From an uncultured bacterium (GTDB lineage: Bacteria; Cyanobacteriota; Vampirovibrionia; Gastranaerophilales; Gastranaerophilaceae): a DNA stretch of 64,000 bases. Of the stretch, positions 30,514-39,435 are shown piece after piece. Each line of letters starts with the position of its first letter. Within the stretch, counting starts at the first letter, position 1. The stretch spans positions 244,545 through 308,544 of the forward strand of contig CAPQCU010000001.1 in the NCBI GenBank assembly GCA_948684385.1, read 5' to 3'. The notes under the pieces were generated by a model. It was not told the origin of the DNA, did no database searches, and was given only the letters and a program-made list of their open reading frames with translations. The position numbers were made by a program, and so were the translations under genes.

Positions 30514-30925
30514 ATTACATAAATTGGTGTTTTTCAATAATTACAATAGTTTAGGCTGGGTGTCAAAGTGATACCCAGCCTAAAAGTAGATTATTATTAG
30601 CTTTAATGTGTTTTTCACTTAAATATGGTGTCTAAATGATACAAAATTTATGATAATTACTTTATTTTTAGTATCTTTTAATGAATAAATATGCATACTA
30701 AATAAGACTATAAAGTTAAGAGATGTAAATTTTTGATTTATAACATGGTAAAATTTGAGAATTTTATTTGGAGAAACATATGGCATTGGTTATGAAGTGT
30801 TCTAAGGAAAGCATAGAGGAACTATCAAATGATTTTTCTTAAAAAAGCAGTGTAATTTATATATAAATAAATATTCGCTATTATCCTGATATAGGCTGAG
30901 AAAGCAGCTTAGGAAAGGAAGAAAT

Positions 30926-31240
30926 ATGTCTATTAATTACAGAAAATTAGGACAGAAAATTAAACAGTTTAGACTCACAAAAGGTTTATCACAAGAAGAA
31001 CTTGCAGAAAAATGTAATTTATCAACATCTTATATAAGTTACATTGAAACAGGTAAAAAGAAAATTAATTTTTCACAATTAGAAAAAATTTCAAATGAAT
31101 TAAACTTCTCAATAGATATTAATTCAAAAACAGAAGAAAAACATTCTCTTATTACATTATTAAACAAGTGTTCGTTTAGAGAAAAGAAATTTTTAAATAA
31201 GGTGCTAAAACTTATTATATCTGAAATTGAAACTTACTGA
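30926..31240 (+). CDS. XRE-family HTH regulator
   Basis: LGQKIKQFRLTKGLSQEELAEKCNLSTSYISYIETGKK. Confidence 0.8.
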   Translation: MSINYRKLGQKIKQFRLTKGLSQEELAEKCNLSTSYISYIETGKKKINFSQLEKISNELNFSIDINSKTEEKHSLITLLNKCSFREKKFLNKVLKLIISEIETY

Positions 31241-31244
31241 TTTG

Positions 31245-31292
31245 ACTCCCAGTCACATTTGTGACTGGGAGTTTATGGTTTTTGTTTTTTTA
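31245..31292 (+). terminator. strong hairpin plus T-tract between the XRE gene and the serine recombinase gene
   Basis: Perfect 12-bp stem ACTCCCAGTCAC-ATTT-GTGACTGGGAGT, then TTATGGTTTTTGTTTTTTT. Confidence 0.7.
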
Positions 31293-31325
31293 CTTTTTTA
31301 TAATTCAACCTGTATAGGATTAATT

Positions 31326-33164
31326 ATGAATAGTGCAGAACATCAAAAAGACAAAATAAGAGAACGATATAAAGGTTTGGCTGAAGAAGAACTTTTTTGC
31401 ATACCAGCAAAAGAACAAAAATCTGTATTTCATAGTGCTAACATAATAAATGTTGCTGCATATGCAAGAGTTTCAACTGATGGTATAAACCAAACCTCTT
31501 CATACGAATTACAACGAAATTATTATACCGATTATATTAATAAAAATGCGAATTGGCGTTTTGTTGGAATATATGCTGATGAAGGTATAACTGGTACTCA
31601 ATATATTCATCGTGAAGAATTTATTAAAATGATTGATGATGCGAAAGCAGATAAAATTGATTTAATTGTAACAAAAAGTGTTTCTCGTTTTGCAAGGAAT
31701 ACTGTAGATTGTATCGGAATTATTAGAGAACTTCGTAACAAAAAAAAGCCAACATACATATATTTTGAAACTGAAGGTATAAACACACAAGATGATAATT
31801 ATGAAATGGCTTTATCTTTTTGTGCAACAATTGCTCAAGAAGAATCTCACATGAAAAGTAACATTATGAATAGTTCTATTGAAATGAGATTTAAGCGAGG
31901 AATTTTTCTGACTCCACCACTATTAGGTTATGATAAAGATGAAAACGGTAATCTTGTTATAAATGAAGAAGAATCTAAAACTGTAAAATTAATTTTTTAT
32001 CTTTATTTATCAGGTTCAAGCACTCAACAAATAGCAAATACTCTTATGGAGTATGGCAGACTTACTAAAAAAGGTAATACTAAATGGTCTCAAAGTACAG
32101 TTCTACAAATTCTACAAAATGAACGTCATTGTGGGGATATAATAGCAAGGAAAACGTGGACTCCAAATTATCTAGATCATAAGTCTAAAAAAAATAAAAA
32201 TGATAGAAACATGCATGGCCGTAGAGATAATCACGAAGCTATTATCAGTAGAGATGATTTCTTGGCTGTTCAGAAAATAATAAAAAACTCTAAATATGGA
32301 CACAAAGGATTTCTTCCTGAACTAAAAGTTATTAATGATGGCGTTTTAAAAGGTTTTGTATCAATTAACACGTCATGGGCGAATTTTACACCTGAAGATT
32401 ATATTACAGCATCCTTGAGTGCATATTCTTCTGAAGAAATTGATGACGTTATTGAAATAAATGCACAAAAAGGCGAGTTTGATTATAGAAAATTTGAAAT
32501 TGTAAGAAATCAATATGTAAATAGTCTTAATCAAGTAAGCGTAACTTTTACTCCTGAAAAAGTATTTTTTAGTACAGAATGCTTTAAAAAATTCAATTAT
32601 ACCCCATATATTGAAATGTTAATAAATCCTACAAAAAATTTACTAGCTGTCAGGAATGTAGATAATACAAAATGTCGCAATGCTATTAAATGGTTTCGAT
32701 ATTCTAAAAATAAAATTAATACTAGACCAATTCCCGGAACAGCATTCTTGAGTACACTTTATGAAATATTAGACTGGGATCTTGAAAATAAATATAAAAT
32801 TATCGGACAAGCAAAGAGTCGCAATGAGGATTTTTTAATCTTATTTGATTTAACAGAAACTAGTGTACTAATATCTCAATCTTCTATACGTATTAATCAT
32901 ACTGAAATCCCGAAATGTCCATTAACTACAAGTGGTCCTAAAAAAGACCTGGTTGCGTATCCTAAAGTATGGGGTAATAGTTTTGGTAAGCAATATTATG
33001 AACAACAAGCTTTAAAACAGAGGACATTAGCGAATAAAGATTGGAAAATAACACAAGAAGGTATAAAAGTAGAGACTCATACCGAATTAAATACGACATC
33101 GCCAGAGCAAGTATTTAATCATATAGAAAAGATTAAGCGAGAAATCCAAAAGGAGGTAGAATAG
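31326..33164 (+). CDS. large serine recombinase with an extra C-terminal domain
   Basis: Resolvase catalytic N-terminus (AAYARVSTDGINQTSSYELQ, VTKSVSRFARN) and a recombinase domain. Start set at MNSAEHQ. Confidence 0.85.
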   Translation: MNSAEHQKDKIRERYKGLAEEELFCIPAKEQKSVFHSANIINVAAYARVSTDGINQTSSYELQRNYYTDYINKNANWRFVGIYADEGITGTQYIHREEFIKMIDDAKADKIDLIVTKSVSRFARNTVDCIGIIRELRNKKKPTYIYFETEGINTQDDNYEMALSFCATIAQEESHMKSNIMNSSIEMRFKRGIFLTPPLLGYDKDENGNLVINEEESKTVKLIFYLYLSGSSTQQIANTLMEYGRLTKKGNTKWSQSTVLQILQNERHCGDIIARKTWTPNYLDHKSKKNKNDRNMHGRRDNHEAIISRDDFLAVQKIIKNSKYGHKGFLPELKVINDGVLKGFVSINTSWANFTPEDYITASLSAYSSEEIDDVIEINAQKGEFDYRKFEIVRNQYVNSLNQVSVTFTPEKVFFSTECFKKFNYTPYIEMLINPTKNLLAVRNVDNTKCRNAIKWFRYSKNKINTRPIPGTAFLSTLYEILDWDLENKYKIIGQAKSRNEDFLILFDLTETSVLISQSSIRINHTEIPKCPLTTSGPKKDLVAYPKVWGNSFGKQYYEQQALKQRTLANKDWKITQEGIKVETHTELNTTSPEQVFNHIEKIKREIQKEVE

Positions 33165-33165
33165 A

Positions 33166-33921
33166 ATGGATAATAATTTTCAGAATAATGAACAATATTA
33201 TCAAGTTTCCAATGAGTTTACAACTGAGAATTTTGAAAATAGTAATTCAGAGAGTTTATTACCTCAATCAGAAATTAAATATACAAGAGATATGGAAATT
33301 ATTGAAGTTCCAAATTTCAGTTATGATGGTTTTAGAGTCGTTCCAAATAAATATTTTGCACATTTATATGAACCATCTTTCTGTTTTAATTATAACAAAG
33401 TGTACTTGAATACAGCCTGTATAAAGAAATTCCCAAATGTTAATTATATCCAATTTTTAATTAATCCAGAGGATAAAATCTTAGCAATTAAATTATTCGA
33501 AAAAGAAGAAGAAATGGGAACATTCCCTTGGTGTACCCCAAAAAGAAAACCTAAACACATTACTTGTCCTGTCTTTTTTGGAATGATAATGGATTTAATG
33601 GGGTGGAATCCTAATAATAGATATAAACTTCTAGGTAAACTCATAAAAAATAGAGATGAATATTTATTCCTATTTAATTTAAATTCTTTTGAATTTTATG
33701 AACGAGTTATGGATGAAAATAGTGACAAGCCGAAAATGTCTAGAAAACCTTTGTTTCCTGAAGCTTGGGAAGACAGATTTGGCTTGCCTGTCGATGAACA
33801 TAGACGTCAATTACAAGTTAATATTTTAAAAGATTTCATGGTTTATGGTTATTCAGATAAAAAAGATAAATCAAATGTTAGTGTAGAGCTAAATGTTAAT
33901 GGAGGGAATCAAAATGAATAA
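33166..33921 (+). CDS. hypothetical protein homologous to the C-terminal domain of the adjacent serine recombinase
   Basis: Shared motifs KV(Y/F).(N/S)T.C.KKF....YI..LINP..K.LA and W....N(R/K)YK(L/I)(L/I)G......(D/E)..(F/L)LF(N/D)L. Confidence 0.6.
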   Translation: MDNNFQNNEQYYQVSNEFTTENFENSNSESLLPQSEIKYTRDMEIIEVPNFSYDGFRVVPNKYFAHLYEPSFCFNYNKVYLNTACIKKFPNVNYIQFLINPEDKILAIKLFEKEEEMGTFPWCTPKRKPKHITCPVFFGMIMDLMGWNPNNRYKLLGKLIKNRDEYLFLFNLNSFEFYERVMDENSDKPKMSRKPLFPEAWEDRFGLPVDEHRRQLQVNILKDFMVYGYSDKKDKSNVSVELNVNGGNQNE

Positions 33922-34270
33922 TATTCAACCATCTGTAGCAATAAGTTTGAAAAAACCTGCCATACGAATACATAAAGATACCATTCATATGATAGGTGAC
34001 CCCGAATACATATTACTATCTATTGATATTAAAGAAAAAGCATTAGTGATTACACCAAGTATTCAATTGGATATAAAAGCTCATTACATAGGGAAATATT
34101 TACATAATCATGAAAAATCAATTGTTTTATACAGCAAACCTTTAATGGAAACTTTTAAAGATATAAACAAGAATTTATTGAGTAATAAATCGTATAAATT
34201 ATATGGAGTTATTTCTAAAGATAAAAAATGTGTAAAGTTTAAAATTCACGAAGCCATATTGATAAATTAA
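33914..34270 (+). CDS. hypothetical protein, third weaker copy of the same domain
   Basis: RBS GGAGGGAATCAAA-ATG. Contains IRIHKDTIHMIGDPEYILLSI...KALVITP and KSYKLYGVI. Confidence 0.5.
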   Translation: MNNIQPSVAISLKKPAIRIHKDTIHMIGDPEYILLSIDIKEKALVITPSIQLDIKAHYIGKYLHNHEKSIVLYSKPLMETFKDINKNLLSNKSYKLYGVISKDKKCVKFKIHEAILIN

Positions 34271-35178
34271 TGGAGTTTTTAATGCAAGAAAAAAGATTAT
34301 ATAAATTAAAAATTGATGAAGAATTTCAAAAATTAATACCGGAATTAACAAAAGAAGAAAGCGATACTTTAGAAGAACTGTTGCTAAAAGAAGGTTGTAG
34401 AGAACCTATTTGTGTATGGAATGATTACATTATTGATGGGCATAATAGATATTTTTTATGCCATAAAAATAATATTCCATTTAACTTTCAAGAAGTTCCA
34501 GACCTTAAAACAAAGGAAGATGTACTAGATTGGATGTGTGCAAACCAACTTGGGAGAAGAAATATATCTGAAAAAACAAGAATGTACTTAATTGGAAAAC
34601 GCTTTAATCTTGAAAAGAAAGGTGTTCAGGGTAACAACAATGCAACAGGAATTAATCAATATTCTATAAAAGAGAAAATAGAAAAATCCAAAACCAGTGA
34701 AAAACTAGCTGAAGAATATAATGTTTCACCTGTTTCGATTTATCGCTATGCAAGATTTGCAAATGCTATTGATAATATTTCAAAAAAAGAATCAAAATTA
34801 GCAAATCGAATTTTAAATGGACAAATTAAATTTACGAGAGCAGATGTTAATAATTTATCTAATCAAACAGAAAAAGACTTAGGAAATATCAATAAAAAAT
34901 TAAGTAAGCATAAAATAGGAAAATCAAGTTTAGCGAAGAATAAACTTTTAGCAAAATTTAAACAAGCATCTACAATTCCTGATTATGATCCTGACTCAGA
35001 TGTGATGAGTTTGGCATTAACAATACCTTATTGGATTGATTCTGTAGATAGAATTATAAACAAAAAGGACATCAATGATGTTTCTAAAAATGCGAAATGG
35101 AAATTAATTACTGAACTTGGCAACCTAGATATAAAAATAAAAGAAATAACATTAATAATGGAGAATAGCGATGGATAA
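34270..35178 (+). CDS. ParB N-terminal (ParB/Srx) domain protein
   Basis: FQKLIPELTKEESDTLEELLLKEGCREPICVWNDYIIDGHNRY is a classic ParBc pattern. Confidence 0.7.
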   Translation: MEFLMQEKRLYKLKIDEEFQKLIPELTKEESDTLEELLLKEGCREPICVWNDYIIDGHNRYFLCHKNNIPFNFQEVPDLKTKEDVLDWMCANQLGRRNISEKTRMYLIGKRFNLEKKGVQGNNNATGINQYSIKEKIEKSKTSEKLAEEYNVSPVSIYRYARFANAIDNISKKESKLANRILNGQIKFTRADVNNLSNQTEKDLGNINKKLSKHKIGKSSLAKNKLLAKFKQASTIPDYDPDSDVMSLALTIPYWIDSVDRIINKKDINDVSKNAKWKLITELGNLDIKIKEITLIMENSDG

Positions 35179-36034
35179 TTTCAATGATTTATTACCCAAA
35201 GTTCACTTTGAACAAATTCAAATTAAAAATCTAATTCCACAAGTAGGTTATCAAAGGGTTTTATCTAAAGCACATGTAAAAAAAACTGCTGAAAATTTCA
35301 ATCCGTATCAAATAAACCCTGTCAAAGTTAGTAGACGTGAAGGTAAAAATTATGTTGTAAATGGTCAGCATACTATAGAAGTTATTGCTTTAGTTTCAGG
35401 CTCAAGAGAAACTTCAGTTTGGTGCATGGTTTATGATAATTTAACATACGAAGAAGAAGCCGAGATTTTTGCTACTCAGCAAAAATATACAAGATATCTT
35501 AGTTCGTATGATATTTTTAATGCAGAAATAGAAGCTGGAAACGAAGAAGCTTCTATTATTAAATCTGTTGTTGAGAGTTATAATTTAACTATTTCAAGCA
35601 ATCAAATACCTGGTGCAATCTGTGCAATTGCAACACTTGAATCAATTTATGAAAGTTATGGGTATGCAATATTAGATGCAACATTGGGATTGTGTATTGC
35701 AACTTGGCAGGGAGAGAAAAATTCTTTAAGTTCTTATATTCTAAAAGCTGTTGCATTATTATTAGTGGCTTTTCGAGGTGAAATTAAAGAAACTCTTTTT
35801 AAAGAAAAACTTCAATTTACTCCAATTATACAGATTTCAAGAAGTGCAAAATTATTACAAGAAAGCTCTAATAGAAAAGGATATGGTTATGCTTTGGCAA
35901 TGTTAAATATATACAATAGCAGATTAAGTAATCCATTAGATGCAACTAAGCTTTTTACTTGTAGAAAATTAAAAAAATCAAAATATAGCAAAGTTCAATT
36001 TTATGATAAAGCTTCAGAATATGATTATGAATAA
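35171..36034 (+). CDS. ParB-superfamily-like protein (DGQHR-like NGQHT motif)
   Basis: IQIKNLIPQVGYQR...NPVKVSRREGKNYVVNGQHTIE. 8-nt overlap with the upstream ParB-like gene. Confidence 0.5.
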   Translation: MDNFNDLLPKVHFEQIQIKNLIPQVGYQRVLSKAHVKKTAENFNPYQINPVKVSRREGKNYVVNGQHTIEVIALVSGSRETSVWCMVYDNLTYEEEAEIFATQQKYTRYLSSYDIFNAEIEAGNEEASIIKSVVESYNLTISSNQIPGAICAIATLESIYESYGYAILDATLGLCIATWQGEKNSLSSYILKAVALLLVAFRGEIKETLFKEKLQFTPIIQISRSAKLLQESSNRKGYGYALAMLNIYNSRLSNPLDATKLFTCRKLKKSKYSKVQFYDKASEYDYE

Positions 36035-36045
36035 AAAAGGTGCTT

Positions 36046-36402
36046 ATGGAATTTGAAAAATTTAAAAGGTATATAGATGTAATAAAAAATACGTCTGAAA
36101 AAGAAGAAGCTCTTGCTAAGTGCATTGAACAAAATTTAGCATCTAATTCTTTTTGTATAGTTGATATTTGTTCCGATGTTATTGCTTCTTTGGTGGATTT
36201 ACTTGCTACATATTATGATTGTCATTACGAAATACAAGAACATCTGGATAATGAAATTTCATGGTGGCTCTATGAAGATGTTGAAAAAATAATATATATA
36301 AAAGAGAATGGCAAAGAAAAAAAGATTCCAGTTCAAGATATATATAGTTTTTGGAAGTATTTAGAAAGTTCTCGAAATAAAAAATATAAAGACGGTGTTT
36401 AA
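36046..36402 (+). CDS. hypothetical protein
   Basis: About 118 aa. RBS AAAAAGGTG. Confidence 0.45.
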   Translation: MEFEKFKRYIDVIKNTSEKEEALAKCIEQNLASNSFCIVDICSDVIASLVDLLATYYDCHYEIQEHLDNEISWWLYEDVEKIIYIKENGKEKKIPVQDIYSFWKYLESSRNKKYKDGV

Positions 36403-36463
36403 TAATAGGCATAAATATTTTCTTAGAAGATTAAGTTATAGATAGAATGGGGAACATTTTAAA

Positions 36464-36757
36464 ATGTGCGAAAATGCATGGTTAAAATTTAAAAACGTTG
36501 TTATGATTAATACAAAAACCAATGATAAATTGGATTTTGATCCTATAGAATTTTGGATAAATTTTGAATATGAATTAAATAATGCTAAGAGTAAATATTT
36601 AAAAATAAGAGAAAAAGAACTCGACAAGCCACTTGGAATATGGGAAATAAATTGGGAATTTATAGCTGATTTTTATAGAGATTTGAAAAATAATTTTAAC
36701 AATTATGCTGATTCAAATTGGAAAATTGTAAAAATCAAAGGAAATAAGATGAAATAA
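36464..36757 (+). CDS. hypothetical protein
   Basis: 97-aa ORF in the same-strand series. Confidence 0.4.
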   Translation: MCENAWLKFKNVVMINTKTNDKLDFDPIEFWINFEYELNNAKSKYLKIREKELDKPLGIWEINWEFIADFYRDLKNNFNNYADSNWKIVKIKGNKMK

Positions 36758-36773
36758 GCATGAGGTTAGATTT

Positions 36774-37187
36774 ATGTTTTATAGCTTAAGAAAGTTTGGT
36801 AGGTTTATAAAAAGGTTGTGGCGTTGGGTTCCGCTTTTATGGAAACAAGAAGACTGGGACTATGATTACTTATATGAAATAATGCGAATAAAAATGGAAG
36901 AGCTTTTAAAATGCCTAAAAGAAGATAATATTCATGTCGGAGCAGATAGAAGAGCTCGACAATTATCAATATGTTTAGAATATTTTAAAAGAATGAGAAC
37001 TCCGGAAGATTATATTGATATTCCGTCCGAAGATGTTTCTTTTAAGGATACCCCTGATGGTTTTGTTGAGATGAAAACAACTCCTTATTTTAAGCGGCAA
37101 TGTAAAAAATGTAGAGAATTCGAAAAATTTAATTATGATATGTTTTGGAAAAGGTTTGTACAATGGCATACAGAATGGTGGGTGTAA
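36774..37187 (+). CDS. hypothetical protein
   Basis: 137-aa W/R-rich ORF. Its stop lies 3 nt from the stop of the convergent gene. Confidence 0.45.
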   Translation: MFYSLRKFGRFIKRLWRWVPLLWKQEDWDYDYLYEIMRIKMEELLKCLKEDNIHVGADRRARQLSICLEYFKRMRTPEDYIDIPSEDVSFKDTPDGFVEMKTTPYFKRQCKKCREFEKFNYDMFWKRFVQWHTEWWV

Positions 37188-37190
37188 TTA

Positions 37191-38741
37191 TTAGTTTAGA
37201 ATTTCAAAATTATTATCTAATTGTTGTGGTAATAAAAAATTAAATCGTTTTTCAAATTCTGACAGGCTTGCATATCCTAAATTCTTTGAAATTATATTAA
37301 TTTGAATACCTTTGTTTACGAGAAGATGAATATGTGTGTTTAAAAGTAAATCATAATCTTCAATATCTATGTTATTAAAGATTCTACCGGTTTTATTATT
37401 GGGAATATTTTTAAAAAGTATTTGAGGGATCCTCAAATCTCTGTTTTTGTATAATGTTCTGTGTTTTATGATTGTATTATTCACTATAGCTTTATTTATT
37501 TTTACAACTCTGCGTTCAAAATCTATATCGGTATATTCTAATGCAGCAAGCTCTGCCGGAGTTATACCTAAACATATTATCCATAATTTTTCCAACTGAT
37601 TTTTTATTATATTTTTAATATCCTTATCCGTTAAAATTTTAGTTTCTAACATTGGAAGTAAAGTATTATTAGCACTAAAATGAAAATCAATATTGCAATC
37701 CCCATATTCTAACATAATTAAACGCAATAAATTTGTAAATCTTTTAATGCTTGATGGAGTAAATCCTTCTGCAATTTTGTAACTTTGATAATTTTGCAAT
37801 ACTTGAGGAGTAATGTCTTTAAACTTATAGTTTTTAAAATAAGGTAGTAAATGATTCTTTAAGTAACCTTTTCTAGATATATCAAATTCGTTTTTGCTTT
37901 TTTCGATACTTTTTAGGTAAACTCTAGCTCCTTGTATAAAATTTTCATATTTTATTTCATTCTTGTTTTTAATCTCTTTATAATTACTAGTAGTCGTAGG
38001 ATGATTAATTTCTGCTAAATTTAATGGTAAATTCCTCAGTTTATCAATTACTTCTTTTGAATATTCTTTATCTAGCCTTCTTTTAAAAGCTGCAGGATGG
38101 GGTAATATCTCATATTTTTTCTTTAGCATCTTCACACATTGGCTTAATGTATATTTATAACTTGTAAAATATAGACTTTTAAAATCTTCAAACATTTCAT
38201 CTGTGACAGAACTTTTATGATTATCATTCTTATACAAAGGAATTAAACCTTTTATTCCATAGGTTACATAATCTCTTCGTTTTCTCATTAATGTTGAATA
38301 TGAAACTTTATATTCAGGAGTATCTTTACCTAATTGCTTTAAAAATTTATAAAGCCTTATTCCATTAAGATTTCCTGCTAATTTTAAAACAGTCATATGT
38401 TTTATAATTTTAGCCTTCGCCCAGTCAGGAGTATTGTTAAAGATTTCTTGCTCGTTTTCTTTCTTAAAGAGCTGTTTTGTATTTATTGTTTTAAAATCTA
38501 TATTAACTTTTTTGATTTTTTTATCACTCTTATTTTCTATAATTGCAGTCAAAGCGGACTTTTCTTTGTTTTGTGCTATATAACCATATTCTTTGTCAGA
38601 TATTTTTTTGATAATTCCATCATCTTCAAAATTATCTATTACCGGTACTAAAGCTTTTTCATCATATTCCGACATTATTGCAATGTCATCAATTGTAAAT
38701 CTGCTAAGACGTTTGATTAGTTTCAAAATTTTCTGTTTCAT
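37191..38741 (-). CDS. wHTH plus degenerate tyrosine-recombinase-fold protein (candidate third transposition subunit)
   Basis: 516 aa. Integrase SAM-like region (YLKNHLLPYFKNYKFKDITPQVLQNYQSY). The C-terminal catalytic-domain-like region has R-I replaced (GITPAEL), HxLRH replaced (THIHLLV), and Y replaced by F (KRFNFL). Confidence 0.65.
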   Translation of the reverse strand: MKQKILKLIKRLSRFTIDDIAIMSEYDEKALVPVIDNFEDDGIIKKISDKEYGYIAQNKEKSALTAIIENKSDKKIKKVNIDFKTINTKQLFKKENEQEIFNNTPDWAKAKIIKHMTVLKLAGNLNGIRLYKFLKQLGKDTPEYKVSYSTLMRKRRDYVTYGIKGLIPLYKNDNHKSSVTDEMFEDFKSLYFTSYKYTLSQCVKMLKKKYEILPHPAAFKRRLDKEYSKEVIDKLRNLPLNLAEINHPTTTSNYKEIKNKNEIKYENFIQGARVYLKSIEKSKNEFDISRKGYLKNHLLPYFKNYKFKDITPQVLQNYQSYKIAEGFTPSSIKRFTNLLRLIMLEYGDCNIDFHFSANNTLLPMLETKILTDKDIKNIIKNQLEKLWIICLGITPAELAALEYTDIDFERRVVKINKAIVNNTIIKHRTLYKNRDLRIPQILFKNIPNNKTGRIFNNIDIEDYDLLLNTHIHLLVNKGIQINIISKNLGYASLSEFEKRFNFLLPQQLDNNFEILN

Positions 38742-39423
38742 TTATTACAATCTCCTTTAACATAATTTCATCTATTGAAGTCAAACCATTTGCATTAGCA
38801 ATAGCTTCAGCTTTATTAATAATTTTTACTAGTTGGCGGAATCTATTAATATTTGAATTTACATACCTTAATGCACAATCAGTAAAAGCGACTTCACTTA
38901 ACTCTTTAATAATTTCAGCAATATCTTGTTTAGAAAAAGGTTCAAATTTAACAATTTCTGAAAGTCTGTCGTATAAATGCTTATACCTTTTTAATCTAGA
39001 TTTAGCATTAGTCATTCCAACTAAAATAATTGGAATATTTGTTTTATCATGTATATCTCGAAGGGTTTCAACAATTTTGGTATCAATTGTTAAATAATCA
39101 ATTTCATCAATTATTAGTATTTGAGGGTTGGTTATCAAATTTTTGATAATAAGATTAAAACAATCAGAGATTCTACTACTAGCTATTTCCCCCATTTCAT
39201 CTAGAATTTCAGTCAACAGCCATCTAGCAGACATCAATTGAGTACAGCGGACTAAAATAGCATCATTCTTTAAAGCCCACCAGTTAATTGTTTGTGTTTT
39301 TCCTAGACCAGGCTCTCCATATACAAGAGCCATTCCTGGAACACCCTCTGCTCTATTTTGTAAATTACCTACCATTGATATAAACTGTTTTACATTTTTT
39401 GTCTTTACAAAAACTTTTCTCAC
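38704..39423 (-). CDS. AAA+ transposition ATPase (TniB/MuB/TnsC-like)
   Basis: Walker A GEPGLGKT and Walker B ILIIDEIDYL. GTG start after GGAGGTAAAC. Confidence 0.8.
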   Translation of the reverse strand: MRKVFVKTKNVKQFISMVGNLQNRAEGVPGMALVYGEPGLGKTQTINWWALKNDAILVRCTQLMSARWLLTEILDEMGEIASSRISDCFNLIIKNLITNPQILIIDEIDYLTIDTKIVETLRDIHDKTNIPIILVGMTNAKSRLKRYKHLYDRLSEIVKFEPFSKQDIAEIIKELSEVAFTDCALRYVNSNINRFRQLVKIINKAEAIANANGLTSIDEIMLKEIVINETENFETNQTS

Positions 39424-39435
39424 GTTTACCTCCTT

